Both the position numbers and the translations under genes were made by a program. Shown here piece by piece: positions 23,620 to 36,204 of a DNA stretch of 64,000 bases; the first letter of the stretch is position 1, and each line of letters begins with the position of its first letter. The DNA comes from Sphyrna mokarran. Taxonomy: Eukaryota. The stretch covers positions 50,840,001-50,904,000 of the forward strand of contig JAGIQG010000010.1 in assembly GCA_024679065.1 (NCBI GenBank). Reading direction: 5' to 3'. The notes below the pieces were generated by a model. The model made no database searches. It saw nothing but the letters and a program-made list of their open reading frames with translations, and had not been told where the DNA came from.

Positions 23620-23970
23620 AGGAAAAGCAATAAAGCAATGGGAATCCATTAGGATGGTACCAGGGATGAGCAACCATAGTGAGTAGTGATCAGAGACTAC
23701 TTCTACTGGAGCAGTAGGACTAAATGTGGGTAGAGGTTGTCAATTTAAATTTGTTATTGAGAATGAGGAGAGTGTTTTGGAAAAATTGCTTTACACAGCA
23801 GGGAATGCTTAATCAAGAAATACTATGCCACTCATCCTATTTCAGGGAAGAAGAGTAAAACATCTGAAACAGTGTAAAACGTGAATATGGAGTGAAAGCA
23901 GTGCAGTACGGTTGTTTTAGATTGTGAAGAGCCAGCAAGGAAATTTCAGGCCTAATTTTTGTGATGGTTT
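23620..23970 (+). mobile_element. Very old CR1 3' remnant
   Basis: CATTAGGATGGTACCAGGGATGAG (RMVPGM) followed by weak CR1-like 3' sequence. Confidence 0.45.
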
Positions 23971-24254
23971 TATGTAGTGTTTCAAAACCAGGGATGGATA
24001 CCTTCCAGGATCTGCATGTAGGAAAGGCTGCTGTTTACACAATGTACTTGACAAAGTGAGCTTGAAAGAATCTATTATTCAGATGTATACAGTGGTGTCC
24101 TTGTAGAACTATAGATTAGCATGGGAAATAAGGTAACTCTGGTTATTTGCAGTTGAGCCTCCAGTAAAAGATGTTTCAGGACCAGTCATGTTTTATGTTT
24201 TGACAGGGACAAATGAGATCTTGGGTTCCAACGTCTGGATTAAAATTCTGGGAG

Positions 24255-24560
24255 TATTACTCAGGATAATGCACTGATGATCTGGGTTCAAATGCCACCA
24301 TGACAGATGGTGAAATTTGAATTTAATAAAGATCTAGAATTGAAAGTTTAAAGGTGACCATGAAACCATTGTCGGTTGTCATAAAATCCCATCCAGTTCA
24401 CTAATGTTTCTTAGGGAAGAAAATCTGTCATTCTTACTTGGTCTGGCCCAGATGTGACTCCAGATCAACAGCAATGTGGTTGACTCTTAATGCCCTCAGG
24501 GATGGGCAATAAATGCAGTTCCAACCAATAACACCCACATCCCGTGAACAAATTTAAAAA
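24255..24560 (+). mobile_element. tRNA-derived SINE sharing its tail with the older CR1-group LINE
   Basis: B-box GGTTCAAATGCC, core GACCATGAAACCATTGTC..GTTCACTAATGT..GTGACTCCAG..CAGCAATGTGGTTGACTCTTAA, tail AGGGATGGGCAATAAATGC. A second copy is at 62968(-). Confidence 0.8.
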
Positions 24561-27029
24561 TAATTGAGGTACAGCTTCACACTGCTCAGTGCTGCAATGC
24601 CTTACAGGGTAAGGTCTCATTTGTTCTATTCTTCTATCCCAACATATGACAGAAAATATGCAAGTCATATTACAGTATGATAAGATGCCAGCAGTTTCAG
24701 GACTATCTCATAACCCAGCATAAAATAATTGGCAACTATCTCCATCCCAAGAGATGTTCACAATCAAAAAGCTATCAGACATTACATTTAATCCTCCCAC
24801 TGAGGAATCAACTCAAAGGGCCAATAGATTAAGTGTAGAAGATTTGTGTCATACATTGTCACCCAAGGGAAGGACTAGCTAAAATAAAACTTTATTTCCA
24901 AGGGAGCAGGATAATGTTACATTAGATGAATAGCCCACACGCATAGTAGCAGCCGGAGGATGAAGATGATGGTCAGGATTTTAATTGAGCCAATGCAGTG
25001 TGCACAAATTCACAGAATTGTTAAAAAGAGATTGACATAATAGTCCTCCTTACTACAATTCAGCTTCATTTTCCATTTCATAAGCCTTATTTTTATTGTC
25101 CTAACGTGCCAATGGCACTGAATGAGTTTCATGCCTCACGACACAGAATAATCTTTCTTTGATGAAGTTATACAAAATTCAATACAATCCTATTGTTTTA
25201 AAGGTATCAAACAGATTTTACTTCAGGATATTCACTAAAATGTTGAAACATATGCATCTGGTTTAATATGCCAATGTAATGTTCCCCTGGAGTTCTGCTG
25301 GGGGATACAAATACCTCATTATATTAATGTTTTTCACTATACTTACAGGTATTATCAGTTACAGCCACACATAGCATAAAATGAAGGTTCCATAACAACT
25401 GCTTTAAGCATTGATTTACATTATTCAGTGCTTATTGCCTATATATTAATTTAAGCACGTTCTTGAACAATCCAGCTGCTCATGTATGTGCCACATATGA
25501 CTTCAACAAATCTTAGTAGTAAGCAAAAGTGCTTTGGCCTTTTCCATCATTAATGTAGATCTGTGGAAAAAGTAATGGAAATGTTCCCCCAGCAAACTAC
25601 ATTTCTGTCACCTATTTGGTACATGCAAGTCAGTAAACTGTCTTTAGTGTTATGACTTGATGGCTCAGAACAATCTGTAGAAATTCAAGCCTGTCAGCGT
25701 ACTCTTCTCTATGTTGGTCTTGTTTGAGTTGGCATTATAACTCAGTTCTGTCTTTCTCATGAAGGACAGGTAGTGAAGGCTGATTTTTTTCTGGCATCCA
25801 TAATTCTAAAAGGATAAAACAAAACAGGAAGTAATGATAGTAAAAATCTGATAAAAGCATTTGAAAAAGTACTAATAACCGAATGCAATTTCAACATACA
25901 TCACTTTTAAGAAAAAGACTTAGAACAACCAAATCTCAACTTCCTTCGAGCACCAAAAAGATTATGCATAGAAGATTTTCAGGGCATTACCAACAAAACT
26001 TGAGAAATCAACCAGTTCAGTAGATTTGATTTCAATCTGGTATTTTAGTAAGATTTGTATCCTTTTAACAAGAATTCTCTGCCTCCATTAACTCTGTCAC
26101 TGGGAAATAATTGATTAGATTTTAACTTTTGGACAGTCAATTTGTGGTGATGGGGCACAGCTATTTTAAAGTCTGAGCCACCTAGCAGCAGGTCCCTCTA
26201 GAAGTGATGGTATCTGAACAATGGTATTGGCCTAGTAGAGAGCTAACCACATTTTGAAGCTATTATCCCCTGTTAATGCTGATTCTGGGCAAGTTAAGAT
26301 TATTCCTGTGAACTATATTAATTGGGTTAAAATGAATACAGTCTACTCATCTGATTCTTGAACCAATGTTCACCTAAGTAACACCTGTGTGAAGATCCAT
26401 CATTTATTCAATTCTATGCAAATGTGTTCGGCATTGCAAGGCCTGAATTGAGCCATATTTTTATTTATAGAAATACACAGTGCAAACATACATTTCCTAA
26501 CCCAGCCACCACAATCTGTTCTTGGTGAAAGGAGAATAAGTGAATCTCCAGCCAATGCTGATCATCTATGTACAATTTAATACAATTAATTTGGATGAAA
26601 CCATTTTTTACCAGAATTGCTGAGTGGATGGTCACTCTTTGCTTTCTCCTGAAGTTACTGGCATCACGGATGCTAGTCAGTTTTCAGCTAATCTGATGCA
26701 CTGTATGTGATAAAAAGAAATTGCAAAAAACACTGGATACTGCAAAGGCTATAAGCTCAGACAACATTCCAGGAATAGTACTGAAGACTTGTGCACCACA
26801 ATTAGCTGTGGCCCTAGCCAAGCAGTTTCAATAACTTATTCCAGTACAAGACTGGCAATCAGCTAACTATATGGAAAAATTCTCAAGTATGCACTGTTCA
26901 CTAAAAGCAGGACAAATGAAATGTGGCCAATTACTGTCCCATCAATGTACTCTCAAGCATCAGCAACTGACAGGTGTCATTGACAGTTCTACCAAGCAGC
27001 ACTTAGACAGCAACCACCTGCTCACTGAA

Positions 27030-27170
27030 ATAAAAAAAGTAATACACTGAAGACTCTAGAAACTGAAACAAAAATAGAATATATTGTAGACCCAGAATCT
27101 GGCAGCATCTATGCAGAGAGGAAGAGTTAATATTTTGGGTCCAAAATAAATCTTCTTCAGAACTGAGAAC
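27030..27170 (-). mobile_element. Penelope-like pseudo-LTR fragment inserted in the old LINE
   Basis: Contains TCTGGCAGCATCTATGCAGAGAG..GAGTTAATATTTTGGGTCC..TCTTCAGAACT. The host LINE resumes on both sides. Confidence 0.65.
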
Positions 27171-27224
27171 TTGCTTAATTTGGTTTTTACCTGGGTCATT
27201 CAGTTCCTGGCATCTAGTAAAAGA

Positions 27225-29362
27225 AGGTTTCTGCTCCCATCTTATGCCCCCTAATTCTTGCCTAATCGCATTATAATTACCCTTGCCCCAATTAAAAACC
27301 TTGTCCTGTTCTGTGACCCTATCCCTCTCCATTGCAATAATGAAGGACACCAAATTGTAGTCACTATCTCCAAAATGCTCTTCCACAAATAAATCTAACA
27401 CTTGGCCCAGTTCATTACCAGTACCAAGTCCAATGTGGCCCCACCTCTTGTCAGCTCATCCACATATTGTGTCAGGAAACTCTCCTGCACACATTGTACA
27501 AAAATGATGCCACATTTGTTCCAATGCTGCTTTGATGTCAAGGGTGATCATTCTCTGCTCACTTCTTGAATTCAGCTCTTTTCTCCATGTTTGGACTAAT
27601 ACTGTAATGATATCATATAGTAATATGGGCACAAATGAAAAGTGGAGCTTTTTCAAGGAACAAATACTGAGTGTCCTTGATAGGTACGTCTCTGGCAGGC
27701 AGGGAGGAAATGGCCGAATGAGAGAACCATGATTCACAAAGGAGGTTGAATGTCTTGTCAAGAAGAAAAAGGAAGTGTATGTAAGGATGAAAAAACAAAG
27801 TTCAGTGGGTCATTTGAGTTACAAGGTAGCTAGAAATGAGTTAAAGAAAAGGTTTAGGAGAGCTAGGAGGGGGCATGAGAAGTCCTTGCAAGGTCGGATA
27901 AAAGAAAACCCCAAGGCTTTTTACTCTTATGTGAGAAATAAATGAATGACCACGGTGAGGTTAGGGCCAGTCAAGGATAGTAGTGGGAACTTGTGCATGG
28001 AGTCAGAAGAGATAGGTGAGGTGTTGAATGAATACTTTTCTTCAGTGTTCACTAAGGAGAGGGGCCATATTTTTGAAGAGGAATGCGTGATACAGGCTGG
28101 TAGGATGGAGGAGGTAGGATAAGGGAAGGTGTTTTAGCAATTTTGAAAAACCTGAGGGTGGATAAGTCTCCTGGGCTGGATGGGATATATCCTAGGATAC
28201 TTTGGGGGGCAAAGGATGAGATTGCTGAGTCTTTAGCTTTGATCTTTGGGTCCTCACAGTCACAGGAATAGTGCTAGAGGACTGCAGAGTGGCAAATGTT
28301 GTTCCTCTTTTCAAGAAAGAAAATAGGAATGACCCTGGTAATTAAACCAGTTAGTCTTACTTTGGTGGTTGGTAAGTTAATGGAAAGTATCCTGACAGAT
28401 AGGATTTATGACCATTTGGAAAGATTCAGTTTAATCCGGGATAGTCGGCCTAGTTTTGTGAGGGGTAAGTCCTGCTTCACAAATTTGATCGAATTCTTTG
28501 AGGAGATAACTGTGTGGACAAAGGTGAAGCAGTTGATGTCGTATACGTGAATTTTAGTAAGGTGTTTGATAAGGTTCCCCATGGTAGGCTCATGAAGAAG
28601 ATGAGGAAGTGTGAGATAGGAGGAAATTTGGGAAATTGGATAAGCAACTGACTTATCATAGAAGACAGAGGGTGGTGGTGGAGGGAAAATGTTCAGACTA
28701 GAGGTCAGTTATCAACGGTGTACCACAGGGGTCAGTGCTGGGTCCTCTGCTATTTGTGATTTTTATTAATGACTTGGAAGAGGGGGCTGAGTGCTAGGTT
28801 AGTAAATTTACTGATGACATCAAGATTGGTGGAGTAGTGCATGAGGTGGAGGGCTCTTGCAGGCTGCAAAGAGACACTGATAAGATGCAGAGCTGGGCTG
28901 TTTAACCCTGACAAGTGTGAGGTGATTCATTTTGGTAGGACAAACTTGAATGCAGATTACAGGGTCAATGGCAGGGTTCTAAGGAATATGGAGGAACAGA
29001 GAGATCTTGCAGTTCATATCCACAGATTTCTGAAGGTTACCACTCAAGTGCAGAAACTATTTCCTCAGGTGGATGTCGCTGTTACTGGGGGCATAACTAT
29101 AAGGTTCATGGTGGGAGACATAGGAGGGATGTCCGAGGTAGATTCTTCACTCAGAGAGTGGTTGGGGTGTGGAATATACTACCTGCTGTGATAGTGGAGT
29201 CAAACACTTTAGGAAGTTTCAAACGGTTATTGGCTAGGCACATGGAGCATTCTAGAATTATAGGGAGGGGATAGCTTGATCTTGGGATTGGACATAGTTC
29301 GGCACAACATTGAAGGCCAAAGGCCTTCTGTACTGTACTGTGCTGTAATTTTCTATGTTTCT
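27225..29362 (+). mobile_element. CR1 LINE, 5'-truncated; first ~280 bp inverted (27225-27505), remainder forward (27617-29362)
   Basis: The minus part encodes EHFGDSDYNLVSF..NWGKGNYNAIRQEL..WEQK. The plus part continues with [32 protein letters not shown] and FNPDKCEVIHFG, then a CR1 tail. Confidence 0.92.
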
Positions 29363-29828
29363 AAGAAGCTCTAGCAAAACTGAAGTCAGGGGAGATTCCC
29401 CCACTGGTTGAAATCATACCTGGTAAAGGGAGATGTTACTATTATTGTGGCTGTGATTGTTGGAAACCAATGCTCTCAGGCCCAGGAGATCATTGCACAA
29501 GGTCCTCAAGGTAGTGTAATAGTGTTCAACACTATTCAAACTCATCAGATATAGAAGCCGTCCACGCCAAGTGTAATGAGACCTGGACAACATTCAGGCT
29601 TGGGCAGATAAGTGACAAGGAATATTAGTGCCACACGAGTGCCAGGCCATGGCATTCTCCAACAAAAGGGAATCTAACTATACCACACTGACATTCAATA
29701 GCGTTACCATCACTGAATCTTCCAACATCAACAACTTTGGTCCTATGATTTACCAGAAACTGCACTGGATCAGACATCTAAATCATATGGCTACAAGAGC
29801 ATGTGAGGAGCAATGAATCCTGCTTCAA

Positions 29829-30020
29829 ATCATAAAATTATAGAAGGAGGCATTCAGTTTATTGAATCTGCACTGACAACAATCTCACCCAGGCCCTAAT
29901 CTCACACAGACATGGAGACAATATGCAGACTCCACACAGACAATGACTAAGCTGGGAATTGAATGTGGATTCCTGGCACTGTGAGGCAGCAGTGCTAATC
30001 ACTGAGACACAATGCTGCCC
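29829..30020 (-). mobile_element. HE1-type SINE, internally deleted
   Basis: Revcomp starts GGGCAGCATTGTGTCTCAGTGATTAGCACTGCTGCCTCACAG. The CR1-like tail is at 29830-29895. Confidence 0.85.
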
Positions 30021-30455
30021 TTTCAGAATGATGAATGACTTGGGCAGGAACTTGCAAATAGTTCTGTTCCCATGCTGTCCCAGTCCTTCTAAATGTTAGT
30101 CATTATGAGTTTCTCATAAAATGCTGACATGGAGGCTAAAATACTGATTGCCAACTTAAGAAGTTGATGAGTTAGTGTCCAATTAATTGTCAGTAATTAT
30201 GGATATACAGTACAAAAAAAGGAGCAGAACAAATCACCTTTACCTTCAATCCAAACTTCTTATTACTTGATCTCAACTGAACAAATGCACTATCACAGTT
30301 AATCTGCAATCAACCCACCTCCCTTGACTCTCAGCCTGAGAAATATTGCACCCCTCCCAACATTAAGCGAGATATGACAAGAGATAAGCTCCTGGAGGTC
30401 TACTCCAACCTACCCCTGCCTTTATTCAAAGACCTCGTCAACCCACCCACAGCAT

Positions 30456-31703
30456 TGACACAGTTGACAGAGGGGAACTGGTGGATGTGGTGTTTTTAGA
30501 TTTTCAGAAAGCGCTTGATAAGGTGCCTCATAGAAGGTTGCTGTAGAAGATTAGGGTATATGAAGTTGGGGGTAAAGTGTTAGCATGGATTGAGGATTGG
30601 CTATCTAACAGGAAGCAGAGAGTTGGAGTAAATGTGTGCTTTTCTAGTTGGAAATTGGTGACTAGTGGAGTGCTGCAAGGATCAGTGCTGGAGCCTCAAC
30701 TGTTTACAATATACATAGATGATCTGGAGGAGGGGACTGAGTGTATGGTAACAAAGTTTGCTGATGACACGAAGGTGAGTGGGAGCGAATTGCATGGAGG
30801 ACACGGAAAGTCTGCAGAGAGATTTGGATAGGCTGAGTGAGTGGGCGAGGATCTGGCAGATGGAGTATAATGTTGACAAATGTGATGTTATCCACTTTGG
30901 CAGAAATAATAGTAAAATGGAATATTATTTAAATGGTGAAAAATTACAACATGCTACTGTGCAGAGAGGCCTGGGGATTCTTGTGCATGAATCGCAAAAA
31001 TTCAGTTTGCAGGTACAACAGGTGATCAAGAAGGTGAAAGGAATGTTGGCCTTTATCGCGAGGGGGATAGAATATAAAAGCAGAGAGGTCTTGCTGCAGC
31101 TGTACAAGGCACTGGTGAGGCCGCAACTAGAGCATTGTGTGCAATTTTGGTCCCCTTATTTGCAAAAGGATGTATTGGCCTTGGAGGGAGTACAGAGAAG
31201 GTTCACCAGGTTGATACCGGAGATGAGGGGGTTAGCTTATGAGGAGACATTGAATAGATTAGATCTGTACTCGTTAGAGTTTAGAAGGCTGAGGGATGAT
31301 CTTATAGAGACATATAAAATAATGAAGAGGCTAGATAGGGTAAAGGTAGAGAGATTCTTTCCACTTAGAAAGGAAACCAGAACTAGAGGGCACAGCCTCA
31401 AAATAAGGAGAGGGTTTCAGTTTAAAACAGAGTTGAGGAGGAACTTCTCTCAGAGGATGATGAATCTTTGGAAATCTCTACCCATTGAAGTGGTGGAGGC
31501 TATCTTGTTAAATATGTTTAAGTCACAGATAGATAGATTTCATATTGATAAGGGAATTAAGGGTTATGGGGAGCAGGCGGGTAAGTGGAATTGATACACT
31601 TCAGATCAGCCATGATGTTATCGAATGGTGGGGTGGGCTCAAGGGGCTAGATGACCTGCTCCTGCTCCTATTTCTGATGTTCTTATGTTAATGTTCTTAT
31701 GTT
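30456..31703 (+). mobile_element. CR1 LINE, 5'-truncated (RT C-terminal half and 3' UTR), one frameshift
   Basis: VDVVFLDFQKALDKVPH, KFADDTK, and ORF 30779..31594 with LVRPQLEHCVQFWSP and LYSLEFRRLR. Ends in a (TTCTTATG)n tail. Confidence 0.95.
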
Positions 31704-31979
31704 CAATATACCATCCCTCAATCCATTCCATACAAGTAAATTCACTACTCTAAGGAGTTACAGATGGACACCTGTTGGAGAAAATTGGGAGGAGAAAATG
31801 TCTAGAAGAAATCACTCACATTGCAGATCACACTACTTGTCTATACAGCTTTGATCTTCCACCGGGACAGTGAGCCCTTTTAAATCATTTCAGGTTTGGC
31901 CAAAACTCCTGTGTTGCCACCCAACATGAATGGTGCCACAAGGACCATCTAGGCTGCAGCTGTAGTGCAGACACGCATT

Positions 31980-32962
31980 GGGCCCGATTTGACCATTTTC
32001 ATTCTAAGCGCTGAATCTAAGTGCATTTCAGATCTGACTTAAAAATCTGCTTTCAGGTGTCCTCATTAACACTTAGCTTGAAAAGCAAATCGCGAGTCTA
32101 AATCGCACTGTGGGTGGGGCTTAGTGCACCTGAAACGATTGGAGCTCTGAACTGAGCATGCGCAGTTAGAAAAAGATTTGAAAAAGTGCGCCCATGTCAG
32201 ATTGCTCCCAGACCGCAAAAAGCAGATAAAGTGACCTGGGAGCAAAAAAGCAGGAGCGATAGCCCCACATTGCCCCACCCCCACAGCATAACTGTCAGCC
32301 TTATCCACACAATCCCCACTATCCAAACCAATCGCGACCTTCTGCCCCCTTTTCTCCCCACCACCGATCGGCCACAGAGAGGTAGTAGATCCCCCCGCCC
32401 TCCCCTACCCCACCAGAGATTCATCAGGCCTCCCCACCGCCACCAGTGAGCATTCGGGCCTCCCTCCTCCCTCCTCCCATCAAACAAGAGAATGATTTGG
32501 CCTCACTCCCCTCGCCCTCCCCCTCCCCCCAGCCGGACAACAATCTTGCCTACCTCCTCCTGTCTCATCTCCCTCAATCAGAGAATGATCTGGCCCTTCA
32601 CCCCCCCGAACACCATTACTGATCTGAGTTTGAGAATCTTTGGGAGCTCTGAATTCACCTCTTTTGGAGTGCCGGAAACAGACTTTTATGTCCATTTCAG
32701 CCTGATTCCGACTGGCAAACACGTGGTAAAGGAGGAAGTGCTGTAAAGTTGGGCGGGCAGTTCATTAATTCAATTGAAATGTATGCAAATGCATTTAAAT
32801 CGCCGTTGCACCTGTGTCGGGCGCAGATCAGATCGTGGCCATTTCTAGGCCTTGGTAAAGTGGCCATCTGCGCTGACGCAGATCACGTTAATGGCGTCAC
32901 GCCCAACTTCCCCATGTTTTCACACCTGAAAACGGATGTGACACAATGGTAAAATCGGGCCC
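31980..32962. mobile_element. Young 983-bp PIF/Harbinger-type non-autonomous DNA transposon
   Basis: TIRs GGGCCCGATTTGACCATT and AATGGTAAAATCGGGCCC match at 17/18. The 3-bp flanks are ATT and AGT. It is CpG-rich and absent from the paralogous site near 21970. Confidence 0.9.
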
Positions 32963-33504
32963 AGTGTCAGGGATTGATTAAAAAACTCCAGCCAGCCACT
33001 GACAAGGGTATGTCTTGGCTCTGTGGCTATGAACGTGCTAAAAGAATTATATAATCTGGGAGTGTTCAGTGCTAGCAATGCACAGGCAATTTTGTTATTG
33101 AATCCATTATTGAAGTGGAGCTTTGCAATGATGGGCATTGTATAATCTGTGTAATCTGTGTTTGATACTAGCAAAGCTTAGAACCAAAGTGGAATTTTGC
33201 GAAAACATTCCCCAAATGCTTGAAATGGAAAATGATTCAATTTCTGAACAATTTGCCTCACCTAGATGAACAACATTGGAAATTTTCGCCTAGAAATTAG
33301 ATGATATAAAAATAGGCATGATTCATCTCCTGTCTCCCCAAAGTCTCTCTATCATCTACAAGGCACAACTATGATGGAATGTGATGGATATTCCCTATGT
33401 ACATGGATAAGTGCAGCTCCAACAACACTTAAGAAGCTTGATTCCATCCTGCACAAAGCAACTAAATCGATCCACATCCCATTCAGCACCTTAAACACTC
33501 ACAT

Positions 33505-33645
33505 TAGAGAGTTATAAAAAAGACAGATATAGAGTAATTTGACACGGTTGTAAGAGACAGAGAATGATGACAGAAGGCTGCCTTAGTGACTTGAAGCCAG
33601 TATCCAGTGGTGTACAACAGGGATCAGTGCTGGGTCTCCTACTAA
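33505..33645 (+). mobile_element. Short CR1 RT fragment
   Basis: Translates RQRMMTEGCLSDLKPVSSGVQQGSVLGLLL. Confidence 0.7.
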
Positions 33646-33675
33646 ATGATGACTACGGAGGGAGTAGCTATGACC

Positions 33676-33798
33676 TTAACACTACATTCTGCACTTCTTC
33701 GTTTTCTTCTTTATGAATGGTATACTTTGTATAGTACACAAAAAACTATATTTTTCACTGTATGTTAACACATGTGACAGTAATAAATCAAATCAAAC
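33676..33798 (+). mobile_element. Rex1/Babar-type LINE 3' tail
   Basis: AACACTACATTCTGCAC...TTTTCACTGTATG..CATGTGACAGTAATAAATCAAATCAAA; family assigned from memory of the tail. Confidence 0.6.
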
Positions 33799-33842
33799 AT
33801 TCATTCACTCACTCTTTCCCACACTCATGCAGTCACACACTT

Positions 33843-33846
<4 letters not shown>

Positions 33847-33899
<53 letters not shown>

Positions 33900-33997
33900 G
33901 CACACTCATCCCTCTCTCATACACATACAGGCTCACCTCTTTAACACACACACACACACACACGCACGCACGCACGCACGCATGCACGCACACACAC
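33847..33997. repeat. (CA)25 microsatellite plus a compound (CA)n(CGCA)n tract
   Basis: Perfect CA run at 33847-33896; second tract at 33944-33997. Confidence 0.98.
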
Positions 33998-34354
33998 TCA
34001 ATCCTTTCTTGCACATATACACATATAGACTCATCTTTCTCTCTCTCTTTCTCTCATTTCCTGTCACACAGCGCATTATCTCTGCCTGGATTACAACAGC
34101 CTGGGTTGAGTGTAGGCAACAGCAGTGGCACTTGCAGAGTGACAGTGGTGAGACTAAGAATGTTGTCATTCTGAGAAAGGTTTACGTCGTATGGAATCAC
34201 TCCTAAGGCAGTGCCTTCACAATCCTAGTGATCTGATGGAAACCAGATTGATATGGAAGTCCTATGATCACTGGAATCGAGGGTCACAATGGCAGCAGTC
34301 TGAATTTTCACAGCTGACCGATGTTGCAGTAGAAGCTGTGATATCAATCATCAA

Positions 34355-34660
34355 ATAGAATCATAAAATCCCGACAGTACAGAAGAGGCCATTCAGCTCA
34401 TTGAATCTGCAAGACTTTCTGACAGAATATCTTACTCAAGCCTTTTCCCCTGCCTAATCCCAATAAGCCCACACACTTACCATGGCTAATCCTTCTAACT
34501 TACATATATTGGGCCACTAAAGTGCAATGTTACCAAGGCCATTCTACCTAGCCTGCATATCTTTGGACTTTGGAGGAAACCAGAACACCTGGAGGAATCC
34601 CACACAGAAACAGGGAGAACGTGCAAACTCCACAAATACACTCACCCGAGGCAGGAATTG
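34355..34660 (-). mobile_element. HE1-type SINE, head truncated
   Basis: V-domain revcomp GGAGGAAACCAGAACACCTGGAGGAATCCCACACAG and tail ATAGAATCATAAAATCCC. Confidence 0.85.
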
Positions 34661-36204
34661 TGATGTATTTCACTGATGGATGTCTCTACTCATTCTAGTT
34701 TGATAATGGTGCATTCCAAGCTCTGTGTAAAGTCCTGTGCAATTTAGTGTTGGATTTGTTACGCTCATTGACATTGAAATTGGTTTATGTTGCATGGAGT
34801 CAATCCTATGGCAGTGTCTTTGCAATCCTTATGATCAGATGGAGAACAGTCCTGTGCAATTTGCTGTTGAATTTGTTGCACTTGTTGACATTGTATGTAG
34901 GCTTTCTTTCAGATTTTCCAGTGTACCAGACATTTGGTTGAGTATACCATAAGTTTATTTTGTAGCACAGCCCATGAAAGGTCTTGTTCAATTCCTGTGC
35001 AGAAGTCATAGTGTTTGACATCACCTTTGGTGAACTGACTCCTGTTGTTAACCTTCCACCATGCCCCCTCCGCCTCCCCACCATTCCCCACTCTTGCCTC
35101 CCCCCACTGCTACCACCATCTTGTTCGTGCACACCTGCGCCAGCGTCAGTGCCTCACTGTGCAGGATCCTGGCATTATCCCAACCTGTAATGTTGGCTGC
35201 ACACAGCTCTCAATTTAAACAATAATGTAACATCCTTCATCACAATCAAATTGCACAAATTAATCGCATAACACTGTTCTACATTTTAGCTCCCAGTGTA
35301 TCTATTCATATGAAAGTATCTCATCATTGCAGTGCACTTGCAACCAAGTTTCGAAATAAAATGAAAATACTCTGTTTATCTGAAAGAGACAGCTTTTGGG
35401 AATTGTGATTTGGTTAATAGATTTAGTCACCCACTGTGGCAGCCATCTTTCAACTCTCTTTTTCATTTTCTTATTTATAAAGTTCCTAGGTGTTGCATTT
35501 TACATTTTCTACAAAGTCCAGCTTCTTTCTTGTATTTGAGGATTTAAGAATTTGTGTCTTATCTGTGAGTGTTACAATGTAATGGATAATACCAACATAT
35601 GTAATGCCTCTCATATCATTTTGTGCTTTTCTAATCTCTGTCCTATTATCAGCTTCACTTCAAATTTCATATGACGACAAGTTATTGGTATGTTTGGGAA
35701 TAGATTTTCTTTGGGTGGCCTGAAAATATTTTGACACTTGTATCTTTAGTCTGCACTTCACTGACTGAAAGATATGCAGGGAGAGACCAGCAAGGCACTT
35801 TCACTTTCATTGCTTTGGTCAGGGTTAAATGTATGCTGCTTCATCCAATTGGGATTATATGTGTTATCATGTTTTAGAATTGTCTTTTTACTCTAAGAGT
35901 ATACACAGGATAATATGCACATTGCATACGTTTAAGGTTACATTTCCTTTCATAATGGAAAGTGTGGTTTTCAATCACAGCACAAAGATTTCAATTGTGT
36001 TGTCTGTGGAATTGAATAGATTTCATGGAACTTGCCTGTACAGGTGAACACACATTCCTCCTAAAGGACTTGATGGTCAAGTTTACCCATTATGCCTGTG
36101 CAAAAGCTCCGAATTATAAAAGTAAAAAAAATGCACAGTAAATATTAATATATAACGTGTTGCCACAATAGTGTTACAAAGTGTCAGGATGCAGGTTTAC
36201 TTCA

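Larger units (their letters stand above)
26720..33500 (+). mobile_element. Old CR1-group LINE ORF2 broken into pieces (26720-27028, 27170-27214, inverted 27506-27612, 29363-29821, 33324-33500)
   Basis: The pieces read consecutively: LDTAKA..DNIP.IVLKTCAP / FGF..GHS.P / ITVLVQTWRKELNS..TLDIKAA..MWH / ALAKLKS / PQGSV / DLDNIQAWADK / LLSPQSLSIIYKAQ..SAAPTTLKKLDSI. Confidence 0.8.

Noticed and set aside
27225-27505. Twin-priming 5' inversion of CR1
   Set aside because: The inverted block also contains host LINE sequence, so it is reported as a genomic inversion.
33713-34206. His/Thr-rich ORFs and a polypyrimidine tract plus CAG at 34030-34071 suggesting an exon
   Set aside because: The ORFs come from (CA)n repeats, the pyrimidine tract is a (CT)n microsatellite, and no recognisable peptide follows.
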